From contig CP170459.1 in NCBI GenBank assembly GCA_047947115.1, positions 5,440,001 to 5,504,000 on the forward strand: a stretch of DNA of 64,000 nucleotides. Direction: 5' to 3'. This document shows, one piece after another, positions 41,410 through 52,620 of this stretch (its first letter is position 1; every line of letters starts with the position of its first letter). Both the position numbers and the translations under genes were made by a program. This stretch comes from Verrucomicrobiota bacterium. GTDB lineage: Bacteria; Verrucomicrobiota; Verrucomicrobiia; Limisphaerales; AAA164-E04. Below the pieces are notes generated by a model. The model was given only the letters and a program-made list of their open reading frames with translations. It was not told where the DNA came from and searched no databases.

Positions 41410-42555
41410 ATGACTCAGACTCAGGACCAGATCAGCAGGAAAGCGCGTTACATTATGATCGGGGGTTTCCTCGGAGCAGGAAAAACCACCACCGTAGCTC
41501 AACTGGCCAAAACCCTGTCGGATCAAGGCATGCGGGTTGGACTGATCACCAACGATCAGGGCACCGGACTGGTCGACACAGCCATGTTGCGATCACGCGG
41601 ATTTGCCACAGCCGAAATCCCGGGAGGCTGCTTCTGCTGCCGTTTCAATTCACTGGTCGATGCAGCACAATCCCTCACATCAGAGAGCGCTCCTGAAGTG
41701 TTCATCGCCGAACCCGTCGGCAGTTGCACGGATCTGGTTGCCACCGTCACCTACCCGCTTCGGCGCATCTACGGTGATCAATTCGAAATTGCCCCCCTGA
41801 GTGTGATGGTCGATCCCGTGCGTGCCATGAGAGTATTTGGCCTGGTGGAGGGACGCCAGTTCTCCGAAAAAGTGGTTTACATCTACAAGAAACAACTGGA
41901 AGAAGCGGACATCATCGTGATCAACAAAATCGACTCCATCTCCAAAATGGAACGCGAACAGTTAACAACCAAACTTCAAGAAACGTTCCCTGGTAAAACC
42001 ATCACCTCTGTTTCAGCGCGCGAAGGAGAAGGTTTGAGCGAATGGTTCGAACAACTCAAAACCACATCCCAAAAAGGCGGCAAGGCGATGGAGGTGGATT
42101 ACGAAATCTACGCCGAAGGTGAAGCCCTGCTGGGCTGGTTGAATGCAACGGTCAATCTGAAAGCCGATCAATCCTTTGACGGAAACGCCTGGATCAAAGA
42201 ACTGGCCATCAACCTGCAGCAATCCCTCGGGAAAGCCGACGCCGAAATCGCACACCTCAAAATGACGCTCAGTCCGGATGAAGGATTGGGCGATATCGCC
42301 GTGATCAACCTGGTGCGAAATGACTTTCTTCCAGAACTATCGCAGAATTTACCCGATGATTGTAAAAGCGGACAATTGATCATCAACCTCCGAGCAGAAG
42401 CAGCGCCTGAACTGTTGAATCATTCCATAATGGAAGCCCTGGCAAAAGCAGCGGAACAAGAAAACGGAATCACCGCCACGCTGGATCACGTGGAACACTT
42501 CCGCCCCGGCAAACCTGAACCGACCCATCGATTGACCGAACTTGTGACCGCATGA
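41410..42555 (+). CDS. CobW/G3E family P-loop GTPase metallochaperone
   Basis: Motifs GGFLGAGKTT, ITNDQG, GGCFCC, EPVG and INKID. Confidence 0.88.
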   Translation: MTQTQDQISRKARYIMIGGFLGAGKTTTVAQLAKTLSDQGMRVGLITNDQGTGLVDTAMLRSRGFATAEIPGGCFCCRFNSLVDAAQSLTSESAPEVFIAEPVGSCTDLVATVTYPLRRIYGDQFEIAPLSVMVDPVRAMRVFGLVEGRQFSEKVVYIYKKQLEEADIIVINKIDSISKMEREQLTTKLQETFPGKTITSVSAREGEGLSEWFEQLKTTSQKGGKAMEVDYEIYAEGEALLGWLNATVNLKADQSFDGNAWIKELAINLQQSLGKADAEIAHLKMTLSPDEGLGDIAVINLVRNDFLPELSQNLPDDCKSGQLIINLRAEAAPELLNHSIMEALAKAAEQENGITATLDHVEHFRPGKPEPTHRLTELVTA

Positions 42556-43001
42556 GCGAACGTCCAGCCACAGCCCATTCAACGGAACCAGCGGTAAGCG
42601 CATCCGGCCCAACCCGGATTCTTTACTGCCACTGCAATTACGCACAAATCATTTCATCCGAAACCAAGAAAACGGTTCTGGAAAAACTATGCGCATCCGA
42701 CCGTGCCTTTGACGCGGTCGCCGACCTCTGCGAAATGGCAGCAAGAAAAGATCCCGCATTGACCCGTCTCTCCGAGGGCGGCCCTGTAAAGATCGCCGCC
42801 TGCTTTCCTCGCGCGGTCAAATGGCTTTTCTCAGGCGCAAAAGCACCTCTGAACCAGGATACCACTGAAGTTTTAAACATGAGGGATGCCTCCGCTGAAG
42901 ATATCATCACCCGACTCCTGTCAGAAAATTTGCAACCCAACCTGCCGGCGGACAACCATCCGCCACAAGCATCCGAACAACCTAAAGAAGACACTCCATG
43001 A
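42552..43001 (+). CDS. Hypothetical Cys-motif protein (HdrA N-terminal-like domain)
   Basis: Motifs YCHC, DLC and IAACFPR. Overlaps both neighbours by 4 bp. Confidence 0.6.
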   Translation: MSERPATAHSTEPAVSASGPTRILYCHCNYAQIISSETKKTVLEKLCASDRAFDAVADLCEMAARKDPALTRLSEGGPVKIAACFPRAVKWLFSGAKAPLNQDTTEVLNMRDASAEDIITRLLSENLQPNLPADNHPPQASEQPKEDTP

Positions 43002-43849
43002 AACTGACCGAATCATCCTCCTTGCGCATTGTGATGATGGACCCGTGCTCCGACCAGGACAGTGCAGCCGGCAACCATTTTGAAAAAATGCAGGCCCTGC
43101 TGGAAAAAGGATTTACCGTCACACGAGCCACACCAAAGGGAAAAACCGCCCCCACGGACCGAAGCTCGCTGCTGGTGCTGGGCCATTTCGACCAGCCCTC
43201 CGCCCCCAAAGACCTCTATGCGGAAGACACCGAAATCCGCTTTGAAGACATCCGGTCATTACAAATCGAAGACATGGTAAGCCTCGCCGAAGGCATGCGC
43301 CAGGAGACCGCCAGTTACAAGCATGGTGACTGGAAACCCTGGTTTCCGGTGATCGACTACGATCGCTGCACCAACTGCATGCAATGCCTGAGCTTCTGTC
43401 TGTTTGGCGTCTACGGAGTGGATGATGGCGACAAGATCCAGGTCCAGAACAACGATCAATGCAAGACCAACTGCCCGGCCTGTTCCCGTGTTTGTCCGGA
43501 AGCAGCGATCATGTTTCCGAAATACAAAACCGGCCCCATCAACGGCGATCAGGTGCAAAACAAAGACCTGCAGCGCGAGAAAATGAAAATCGACATTTCC
43601 GCCCTGTTGGGGGGAGATGTCTACGACATGCTCCGGACCCGAAGTGAAAAAGCCAAATCACGCTTCTCCAAAGAACGTGACCCGGACAAAGCACTGAACG
43701 AACGCATCAAGTGCCTGAACAAACTGACAGAATCCGGCGACATCCCGCCAGAAGTGCTCATGTCCCTTCCCTCACCCGATGAAATCCAACGCAGGGCAGA
43801 GGAAGCCAAAGCCAAAGCAGAGGCCGCACTGAACAGAAACAAGCATTAG
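42998..43849 (+). CDS. 2x[4Fe-4S] ferredoxin-domain protein
   Basis: CTNCMQCLSFC and CKTNCPACSRVCP. Confidence 0.82.
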   Translation: MKLTESSSLRIVMMDPCSDQDSAAGNHFEKMQALLEKGFTVTRATPKGKTAPTDRSSLLVLGHFDQPSAPKDLYAEDTEIRFEDIRSLQIEDMVSLAEGMRQETASYKHGDWKPWFPVIDYDRCTNCMQCLSFCLFGVYGVDDGDKIQVQNNDQCKTNCPACSRVCPEAAIMFPKYKTGPINGDQVQNKDLQREKMKIDISALLGGDVYDMLRTRSEKAKSRFSKERDPDKALNERIKCLNKLTESGDIPPEVLMSLPSPDEIQRRAEEAKAKAEAALNRNKH

Positions 43850-43875
43850 GGAATAATGTGAAAAAGGAAGTAAAT

Positions 43876-43931
43876 CTTCCACTATTCGAGCGGATTCCCG
43901 AAAATCTTACTGGCACTTGCACTGACAGTTT
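43876..43931 (+). repeat. Junction repeat site 1 (left arm L1, core, right arm A)
   Basis: cttc-CACTATTCGAGCGGATTCC-cg-AAAATCTTACTGGCACTTGCACTGACAGTTT. Confidence 0.85.
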
Positions 43932-44025
43932 GCGACTGGGTTTAGGCACAATCTGAGACACAATTCAGTGCTGCAAAGTATGATCATGACTCGATACGGT
44001 AATCAAAACATAACACAAGGCAGAA

Positions 44026-44055
44026 TTGACGGTTTACCAAAAGTTGGTATATGCT
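44026..44055 (+). promoter_or_regulatory. sigma70-type promoter with palindromic operator for parDE
   Basis: TTGACG-18 bp-TATGCT enclosing TACCAA-aag-TTGGTA. Confidence 0.6.
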
Positions 44056-44075
44056 GGTAAAAACGATAGAAGGCC

Positions 44076-44315
44076 ATGTCTCGCAACACAAGTGTCGAAC
44101 TAGGGGATGAAATCGCAGGATTCATCGATCATCAAGTAACCGCCGGACGATACGGTTCCGCCAGCGAAGTCATTCGCGCCGGCATCCGACTCCTCCAAGA
44201 TCAGGAAACGAAAATGGAAGCGCTTCGCCTTGCCTTGAGGGAAGGCGAAGAAAGCGGACCATCGGTTCCGTTCGAAATGGATTCCTTCATACAATCCCGA
44301 AAGAGTAAAAAATGA
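44076..44315 (+). CDS. parD: ParD family (RHH) antitoxin
   Basis: Motifs NTSVELG, GRYGSASEVIRAGIRLL and EGEESG. Confidence 0.9.
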   Translation: MSRNTSVELGDEIAGFIDHQVTAGRYGSASEVIRAGIRLLQDQETKMEALRLALREGEESGPSVPFEMDSFIQSRKSKK

Positions 44316-44605
44316 AGGGCGAATTTCGACTCCGCCCAAAAGCAATCTCCGACCTCGATTCAATTTGGAACTACACCGTTGAGACCTGGGGCGAGGATCA
44401 AGCGGAGCGATACCTCCAAATGCTCAACACCTCCTTCAATGCCATTGCAAAGGATCCAGAACGTGGTCGCCCTTGTGATGAAATCCGCGAAGACTATTTA
44501 AAAATACGAGCCGGGCGACACACGATATTCTTCAGAAATGAACTCTTCGGTATAGACATCATACGTATTCTGCACCAAAGCATGGATGTTGAAAGACATC
44601 TTTAA
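44312..44605 (+). CDS. parE: ParE family toxin
   Basis: Motifs AISDLDSIWNYT, WGEDQAERY and IRILHQSMD. Confidence 0.9.
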   Translation: MKGEFRLRPKAISDLDSIWNYTVETWGEDQAERYLQMLNTSFNAIAKDPERGRPCDEIREDYLKIRAGRHTIFFRNELFGIDIIRILHQSMDVERHL

Positions 44606-44617
44606 TCATCGAACACC

Positions 44618-44824
44618 ATGGTAACTCTAACCATCCGACTGTCAGATGAAAAACACGAACGGCTTCGCCAAATGGCTAGGCAACGCAAAATCAGCATCAA
44701 CAAACTCATAGAGGAAACGTCCACCGCCACCCTGGCCCAGTTCGATGCCGAAGTCCGTTTCAGAGCATTGACTTATCAGTTCGGCATGACGACTCAGCAA
44801 CTCGCCTTTCTCCTGCCGAACTAG
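44618..44824 (+). pseudogene. Orphan chimeric copy of the antitoxin at 46242-46463
   Basis: The first ~150 nt are near-identical to 46242-46392, then the sequence diverges. No PIN partner upstream. Confidence 0.7.
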
Positions 44825-44946
44825 GAGCATTAGCCAAGAGCATGGCTGAAACTGCTGACGACAACAAAGCAGCCAAGTTGGAAGAAAAAATCACCGCCGG
44901 TTTTTACAGAACCAAATAGGAAGATTCCTACCCCGAAATTGCCTGT

Positions 44947-45372
44947 TCAGCTCGCGAAAGGTGCTAAAATCGGAATCAACTGTCTCGCGTTTCGGCGATA
45001 GACACAAAAGTGGCGGTCCAGAGTGAACACCTGACATTTAGGAGTCAGTTCCGACATCCGCACCAGACAAGCATCCGCAAGGCTCATCGGCAAATCTTCG
45101 TATTTCCCCATCAATCGTCGAATATCCTGCCAATGTTCCTCGGCAGAAAACCGGAGGATCAGTTTACCCCGATCGATTGCTTGAAAGAGTGGTTCCACCG
45201 AAAGGCCGTCATCATGTAATAGAAAAATGACTTCTGAAAGGACTGCTTCACATGTGATGAGCGGACTAAAGATGCGATCAAACTGTTCTTTTGCCTAGGA
45301 GTGATATTGATCACCTCGATTGAAGAACGCAACCAACGGCCCGGTGTCAGTGATCAGCTCAACTGCGGCCAT
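44947..45372 (-). pseudogene. PIN-domain (VapC-like) toxin with an in-frame amber stop at codon 26
   Basis: MAAVELITDTGPLVAFFNRGDQYHS*AKEQ...CEAVLSE...MSLADACLV...FTLDRHF. TAG at 45295-45297. Confidence 0.85.
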
Positions 45373-45583
45373 ATCCTTTGAGTGACCGGGTACTTAAATC
45401 TTTCTTCCCCTCAAGGCAACCACACAAATCTGCCAGCGCCTGCCCGAGGCTACCCTCCTGGGTTGTTTGACGCTCAGTAATCAATTCACGAACGAGATCG
45501 CCCTTGGATCGTTTCAATGCATGAGATTGCTGCTCGAGCCAAGCAACCTGTTCCGGTTCCAGTTTAATCGTCAACAATCGCAT
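45359..45583 (-). CDS. RHH/CopG-type antitoxin (VapB-like)
   Basis: MRLLTIKL...SKGDLVRE...DLST...GYG, overlapping the PIN gene start. Confidence 0.75.
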   Translation of the reverse strand: MRLLTIKLEPEQVAWLEQQSHALKRSKGDLVRELITERQTTQEGSLGQALADLCGCLEGKKDLSTRSLKGYGRS

Positions 45584-45682
45584 ACGCCAACCAGTAACAC
45601 CATTCAGCCACCCGAGCAAGACAATTGGAAATATCAGAAAAGGGAAGTTTTCTGCAAAAGTAGAAATCACGCCTCTTGATGA

Positions 45683-45754
45683 TGATCCGCGTGTACTCCG
45701 TCACTACCCGAGCGTACCCCTCCAAAATCTTACTGGCACTTTTACTGACTGTTT
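45683..45754 (+). repeat. Junction repeat site 2 (left arm L2, core, right arm A)
   Basis: TGATCCGCGTGTACTCCGT-CACTACCCGAGCGTACCCC-tcc-AAAATCTTACTGGCACTTTTACTGACTGTTT. Confidence 0.85.
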
Positions 45755-45810
45755 TTAGTCGTATTGCAGGAAAATGATCTTGCTAACATGACAGCATATA
45801 AGCTATCAAT

Positions 45811-46254
45811 ATGCACGTGGAAAGAATTATCGTAGTTGACACCAATGTCTTCGTGGCGGCGGTTCGAAGTGCCAAAGGAAGCAACCGAGATATTCTTCGA
45901 CTTTGCCTGAATTACCGCTGCGAACCATTGATGGGAACCAGCTTGTTCTTGGAATTTGAGGATGTGATGGGGAGAGAATTACTCTTCCGTGAATGTCCGA
46001 TTTCTTCCCGCGAACGAGATAATCTTTTTCGGGCGTTCTTGAGTGTCTGCCGATGGACGCATGTGTATTATTCCTGGCGACCAAACCTAGGAGATGAGGG
46101 GGACAACCATGTGCTCGAACTTGCTTTGGCGGGCGGAGCACAAACAATCGTAACAAACAACATCAAAGATTTCAAAGGGGGCGAGTTAGCTTTCCCTGAA
46201 GTTAGAATCCTTCGACCAAACGAATTTATAAAGGAAACCTCATGGCCACGTTAA
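45811..46254 (+). CDS. PIN-domain toxin
   Basis: Motifs VVDTNVFV, WRPNLGDEGDNHVLELA and IVTNNIKDF. Confidence 0.88.
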   Translation: MHVERIIVVDTNVFVAAVRSAKGSNRDILRLCLNYRCEPLMGTSLFLEFEDVMGRELLFRECPISSRERDNLFRAFLSVCRWTHVYYSWRPNLGDEGDNHVLELALAGGAQTIVTNNIKDFKGGELAFPEVRILRPNEFIKETSWPR

Positions 46255-46463
46255 CCATTCGACTTTCAGACGAAAAACACGAACGGCTTCGCCAAATGGC
46301 TAGGCAACGCAAAATCAGCATCAACAAACTCATGGAGGAAATGTCCACCGCCACCCTGGCCCAGTTCGATGCCGAAGTCCGATTCAGAGCACTCGCTCAA
46401 CAAGGATCTGTAAAGGAAGGATTGAAAATTCTGGACAAGTTGGAAGCTGCATTTTCCAAGTAA
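46242..46463 (+). CDS. RHH antitoxin (HicB-like annotation class)
   Basis: MATLTIRL..EKHERLRQMA...ISINKLMEE, overlapping the toxin stop. Confidence 0.8.
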   Translation: MATLTIRLSDEKHERLRQMARQRKISINKLMEEMSTATLAQFDAEVRFRALAQQGSVKEGLKILDKLEAAFSK

Positions 46464-46476
46464 AGCAGCTATCAGG

Positions 46477-46718
46477 CCACAAATCACTGATCCGCGTGTA
46501 CTCTGCCATAACCCGAGCGGACACCTTGAAGAATCGAAGCAATTCAACTCATTTGTTTAGCCCGCCTTCGTCCTTAATTTGGACGGCCTGCCTAGCCGTA
46601 GCTTGCTAATCGGCTCATGGGCATCTTAATTCGATTTTAGGAAACTTCGGCGTGGCATCCTTCCCTTAGCTCGTTTCCTCGCAAGCGAAGGATGGCGGAG
46701 AGGGAGGGATTCGAACCC
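46477..46718 (+). repeat. 242-bp direct repeat copy 1 (L2, core, right arm B, 26 bp of tRNA 3' end)
   Basis: Aligns with 47686-47927 and ends TGGCGGAGAGGGAGGGATTCGAACCC (46693-46718). Confidence 0.92.
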
Positions 46719-46776
46719 AGATGCCCGTTAACTTCCAACAATTTACAACACATCACACCGACTACTCAAGCCAACT

Positions 46777-46833
46777 CTTCCACTACTCGAGCGTACGCCT
46801 CTAAAATCTTACTGGCACTTTTACTGACAGTTT
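46777..46833 (+). repeat. Junction repeat site 4 (L1, core, right arm A)
   Basis: cttc-CACTACTCGAGCGTACGCC-tct-AAAATCTTACTGGCACTTTTACTGACAGTTT. Confidence 0.85.
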
Positions 46834-46875
46834 GAGGCTGGTTTTTTGAGGCGCGTTATGCCCAAGCAAAGGGGC

Positions 46876-47241
46876 CTATTTCACTTTGTCTTTATCTCGA
46901 AAAGCACGGTGCAGAGCATCCGCTTCTAGGAATAATTGCGGTTCGATCTCGGCAATCCGGTTTGGCAAATCCATTGCACCGTGCTTGACCGTCAACACAA
47001 AGATGCCTTCCTCGAATACGGCACAAACAAGAAAATGCTGTCTCACTCGATAAAAGCAAAGAGACCGTGAATAGCTCTGCTTGGTTTTGAGAAGTTTGGG
47101 ATTTTCACGCAAAAGGTAGAGCGCATCTTCGATGGATTGCATGTATTGGGTAGCGACCAATTCTCCCCAATGCTCCATCGAATAAGTCTCGATTTCACTT
47201 AGGTCGAGCAAAGCTCGACGGGATAATCCGAGGTAGACCAT
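46876..47241 (-). CDS. ParE/RelE family toxin
   Basis: Motifs LSRRALLDLSEIETYS, WG, FYRVRQHFLV and HGAMDL. Confidence 0.85.
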   Translation of the reverse strand: MVYLGLSRRALLDLSEIETYSMEHWGELVATQYMQSIEDALYLLRENPKLLKTKQSYSRSLCFYRVRQHFLVCAVFEEGIFVLTVKHGAMDLPNRIAEIEPQLFLEADALHRAFRDKDKVK

Positions 47242-47248
47242 GGCTTGA

Positions 47249-47515
47249 TTACCAACCAGACTTTTCTCTTTTCCTGGCCTCGGTCAGAGCGGAACGAATA
47301 CTTCCGGTAAACTCAACGCTGTGCCCACTGAGAATGTCACGATAGCCCTCCAACACCCCATCCCGAATGCGGGCCGCCTCTATACGTTCCTTTTTTTCCC
47401 GTAACAAATCGCGTAAAAACTCGCTAGGGGTTGCGTACAACCCTTGGTCACCGCAATGACTGTCAATGAATGCGCGGAGTTCATCGGTTAATGAAAGATT
47501 GATCGTGCTAGCCAT
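47249..47515 (-). CDS. ParD-like RHH antitoxin
   Basis: Motifs TINLSLTDELRAFID and YATPSEFLRDLLR. Confidence 0.85.
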   Translation of the reverse strand: MASTINLSLTDELRAFIDSHCGDQGLYATPSEFLRDLLREKKERIEAARIRDGVLEGYRDILSGHSVEFTGSIRSALTEARKREKSGW

Positions 47516-47685
47516 GATGATGTTTATCTTTAGGTAACCACACTACAGCGGTTGGTAAATATCGTCAATATTCGCCAAACTCTTTTACCTCTCCACCGAC
47601 CTGGCTGACTCCACAGGGTTCTTCAAAAGAATAATTGAACAATACGGGTTGGATACCGCTTTTTCCAACTAAAGCAGGTCTCGAA

Positions 47686-47992
<307 letters not shown>

Positions 47993-48120
47993 GGTTGTGT
48001 GGGGCAGGCATTGTGTCGGGTTCGGTCTGGGTGTGCAATGATTTTTAGGCGTTTTTGGGGATTATTTTTTAATGCGCTCATCGCTTGATGTTGCCGGGCT
48101 GGATCGCTAACCTACGGTTC

Positions 48121-50521
<2,401 letters not shown>

Positions 50522-50672
50522 GGTTTAGTTATCGAAGAGGCCACGCTTCAAGAGAGTTACAAGGACATATATATCAGCGGTTTCATGATAATCGGACTCG
50601 TGGTTTTGCTGGCGTTGGTGATCGGGATTTATTTCACGTTCCGAGACAAGTGATTTATTGCTGAGCGTCGGT

Positions 50673-50794
50673 TATAACGTTTGCCAGAAGTAATTTCAGA
50701 AAAACTCTGCGCCACTGCGTCCCTAGCGCAGCGGGGGTGAGAATAAGAAACAACAGCGAGCCGTTATGCGCACATACTTTTGGCAATCAGTATA
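50673..50794. mobile_element. ERIC-like MITE, copy 2
   Basis: 122-bp homolog of 4374-4497 with the same TATA termini. Confidence 0.7.
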
Positions 50795-51064
50795 ACCAAG
50801 AAGGCGCGAAGCACTGGAAGTTTGAAGGGATACCCCTGGCCATGCGGCATGGAATGAGTCAACACCTTGCCAGATTCATCACTTCTCCGACCATACGCCA
50901 TTGAGCACTGGTCGGAGCAATTCATTGAAAGTGGTTTAGTAGAGATAGCATAACCAGAAAACCGGCCACATCATCAGCATCCGCATCTTATCCGAAAATT
51001 CGTGGAACGGGAGCTTTCCAAAAGACGCCAGTGAACTCGAGCACACCATCACACAGAACGAGCC

Positions 51065-52345
51065 ATGACTTATCGCGAGGCTATTGAATATTTGTATCAA
51101 CTCCGATTGTTCGGCACGAAACTTGGTTTGGAAAACACGTTTCGATTGGCGAACGCGGTGGGTTCCCCGCAGGACCGGCTTCGCTTTATTCATGTCGCCG
51201 GCACCAACGGCAAGGGGTCTGTCTGCGCTTATCTGGAAAGCATTTATCGTTCGGCCGGTTACAAAGTAGGGATGTTCACCTCCCCGCACCTGGTGCAATT
51301 CGGTGAACGCATGCAGGTTCAACTTATCCCCATCGCGCCACAGGACCTGGTGCGTCATGTGGAACAGCTGCGTCAGGTCATTGCAGACTGGCCCAAGGAC
51401 ACCAGTCCCACGTTTTTCGAATTCATCACGGTCCTGGCCCTGCAACACTTTGCCGAACAATCCTGCGATATCGTCATCTGGGAAACTGGCATGGGGGGAC
51501 GGCTGGATGCCACGAATATCGTCCAGCCAGCATGCTCCATCATCACCAACGTCTCGATGGATCATCAAGCATGGCTGGGCGACTCCCTGACGGATATCGC
51601 CAGAGAAAAAGCGGGCATCATCAAACCAGGGCGGCCCATTGTCACAGCGGAATCAAATAGAGAACCATTGAAAGTCATCATGGACGTGGCCCATGATCAA
51701 AACGCCCCTGTTTACCACATTGAAAGCAATCTTCTGCCCGAGGGCGTCTCGCCCGGACTCAAGGGTTCTCATCAGCACTTCAATGCATCAACTGCCATTC
51801 AAGCAGTCGAGTTACTGCAGACCGCCTTTCCGGTTCCCGCCGCAACCGTGAACGAGGCTATTGTAAACACCCGCCTTCCCGGACGGTTCCAAATCATCGA
51901 GTGGTATGGACGGCAAGTCGTTTTGGATGTGGCGCACAACGGGGCCGGTATTCAAACCGTGGTGGACAGCTGGAAGGAATGCTTTGGAACCGAATCTTGT
52001 GATTTGATTTTTGCTTCCCTCAACGACAAACCCTGGCGGGAAAGTATGAAACGACTTGCCCCGCTTTGTCATACGATCCACCTGGTTCCGGCCCAAAGTC
52101 AACGATCCGCGTCCACTCAAGCCATGGCGGAATACGTGAGACAAATAACGCCAAACACACAGGTCACCGAGCATGAACAAGTGGAAAGCGCGCTTACTAA
52201 GATCAGAAACAACAAACACCCCCTCCTGATCACTGGTTCGTTTTATCTGGTTGGCGGCGTGTTGCCGAAGTTGGATCCGGTCAACTATTCAATTGAAGAG
52301 CTTTCCCTGAACGAATGGGGAGCGGTTTTGAATAGTAAATTGTAA
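51065..52345 (+). CDS. folC: Folylpolyglutamate synthase/dihydrofolate synthase
   Basis: Motifs HVAGTNGKGS, FTSPHL, ETGMGGRLDATN and LDVAHN. Confidence 0.95.
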   Translation: MTYREAIEYLYQLRLFGTKLGLENTFRLANAVGSPQDRLRFIHVAGTNGKGSVCAYLESIYRSAGYKVGMFTSPHLVQFGERMQVQLIPIAPQDLVRHVEQLRQVIADWPKDTSPTFFEFITVLALQHFAEQSCDIVIWETGMGGRLDATNIVQPACSIITNVSMDHQAWLGDSLTDIAREKAGIIKPGRPIVTAESNREPLKVIMDVAHDQNAPVYHIESNLLPEGVSPGLKGSHQHFNASTAIQAVELLQTAFPVPAATVNEAIVNTRLPGRFQIIEWYGRQVVLDVAHNGAGIQTVVDSWKECFGTESCDLIFASLNDKPWRESMKRLAPLCHTIHLVPAQSQRSASTQAMAEYVRQITPNTQVTEHEQVESALTKIRNNKHPLLITGSFYLVGGVLPKLDPVNYSIEELSLNEWGAVLNSKL

Positions 52346-52369
52346 ATTTAAAAGAGTGAATTGCCCACC

Positions 52370-52397
52370 GTAGGCCGCCTGCACAAGCAGGTGGCCC
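52370..52397 (+). repeat. GTAG-hairpin REP-like sequence
   Basis: GTAG overlapping the hairpin GGCCGCCTGC-acaa-GCAGGTGGCC. Confidence 0.45.
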
Positions 52398-52620
52398 ATC
52401 TTGCAAATTTCATACTGCGAAGACAACGGTGTTTGAAGGACCGATTTCTTCCGATGTTTCCCCAAGTTTTCGGCTGAAAGGTCAAAGGGAAGTCATCCAG
52501 GAATCGCCTTTGACGTTCTTGTTACACCAATTATGATATTCCTCCTGTACATCCTGTCTAAAAAAGTCTTCTTGCCGATTGTCAGGGTTGGTCATTTGGT
52601 GCAGATTGGCTTGAAGCGAC

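Noticed and set aside
43911..43926. TGGCAC in arm A as a sigma54 promoter
   Set aside because: The -12 position is GA rather than GC in all three copies.
46693..46718. Second tRNA-Ser gene
   Set aside because: Only the 3' 26 nt are present, so it is treated as an att-like fragment.
50800..51064. Riboswitch or degraded ORF upstream of folC (hairpin CTCCGACCA...TGGTCGGAG)
   Set aside because: I cannot match it to a folate or ZTP riboswitch consensus by eye, and the protein-like frame contains stops.
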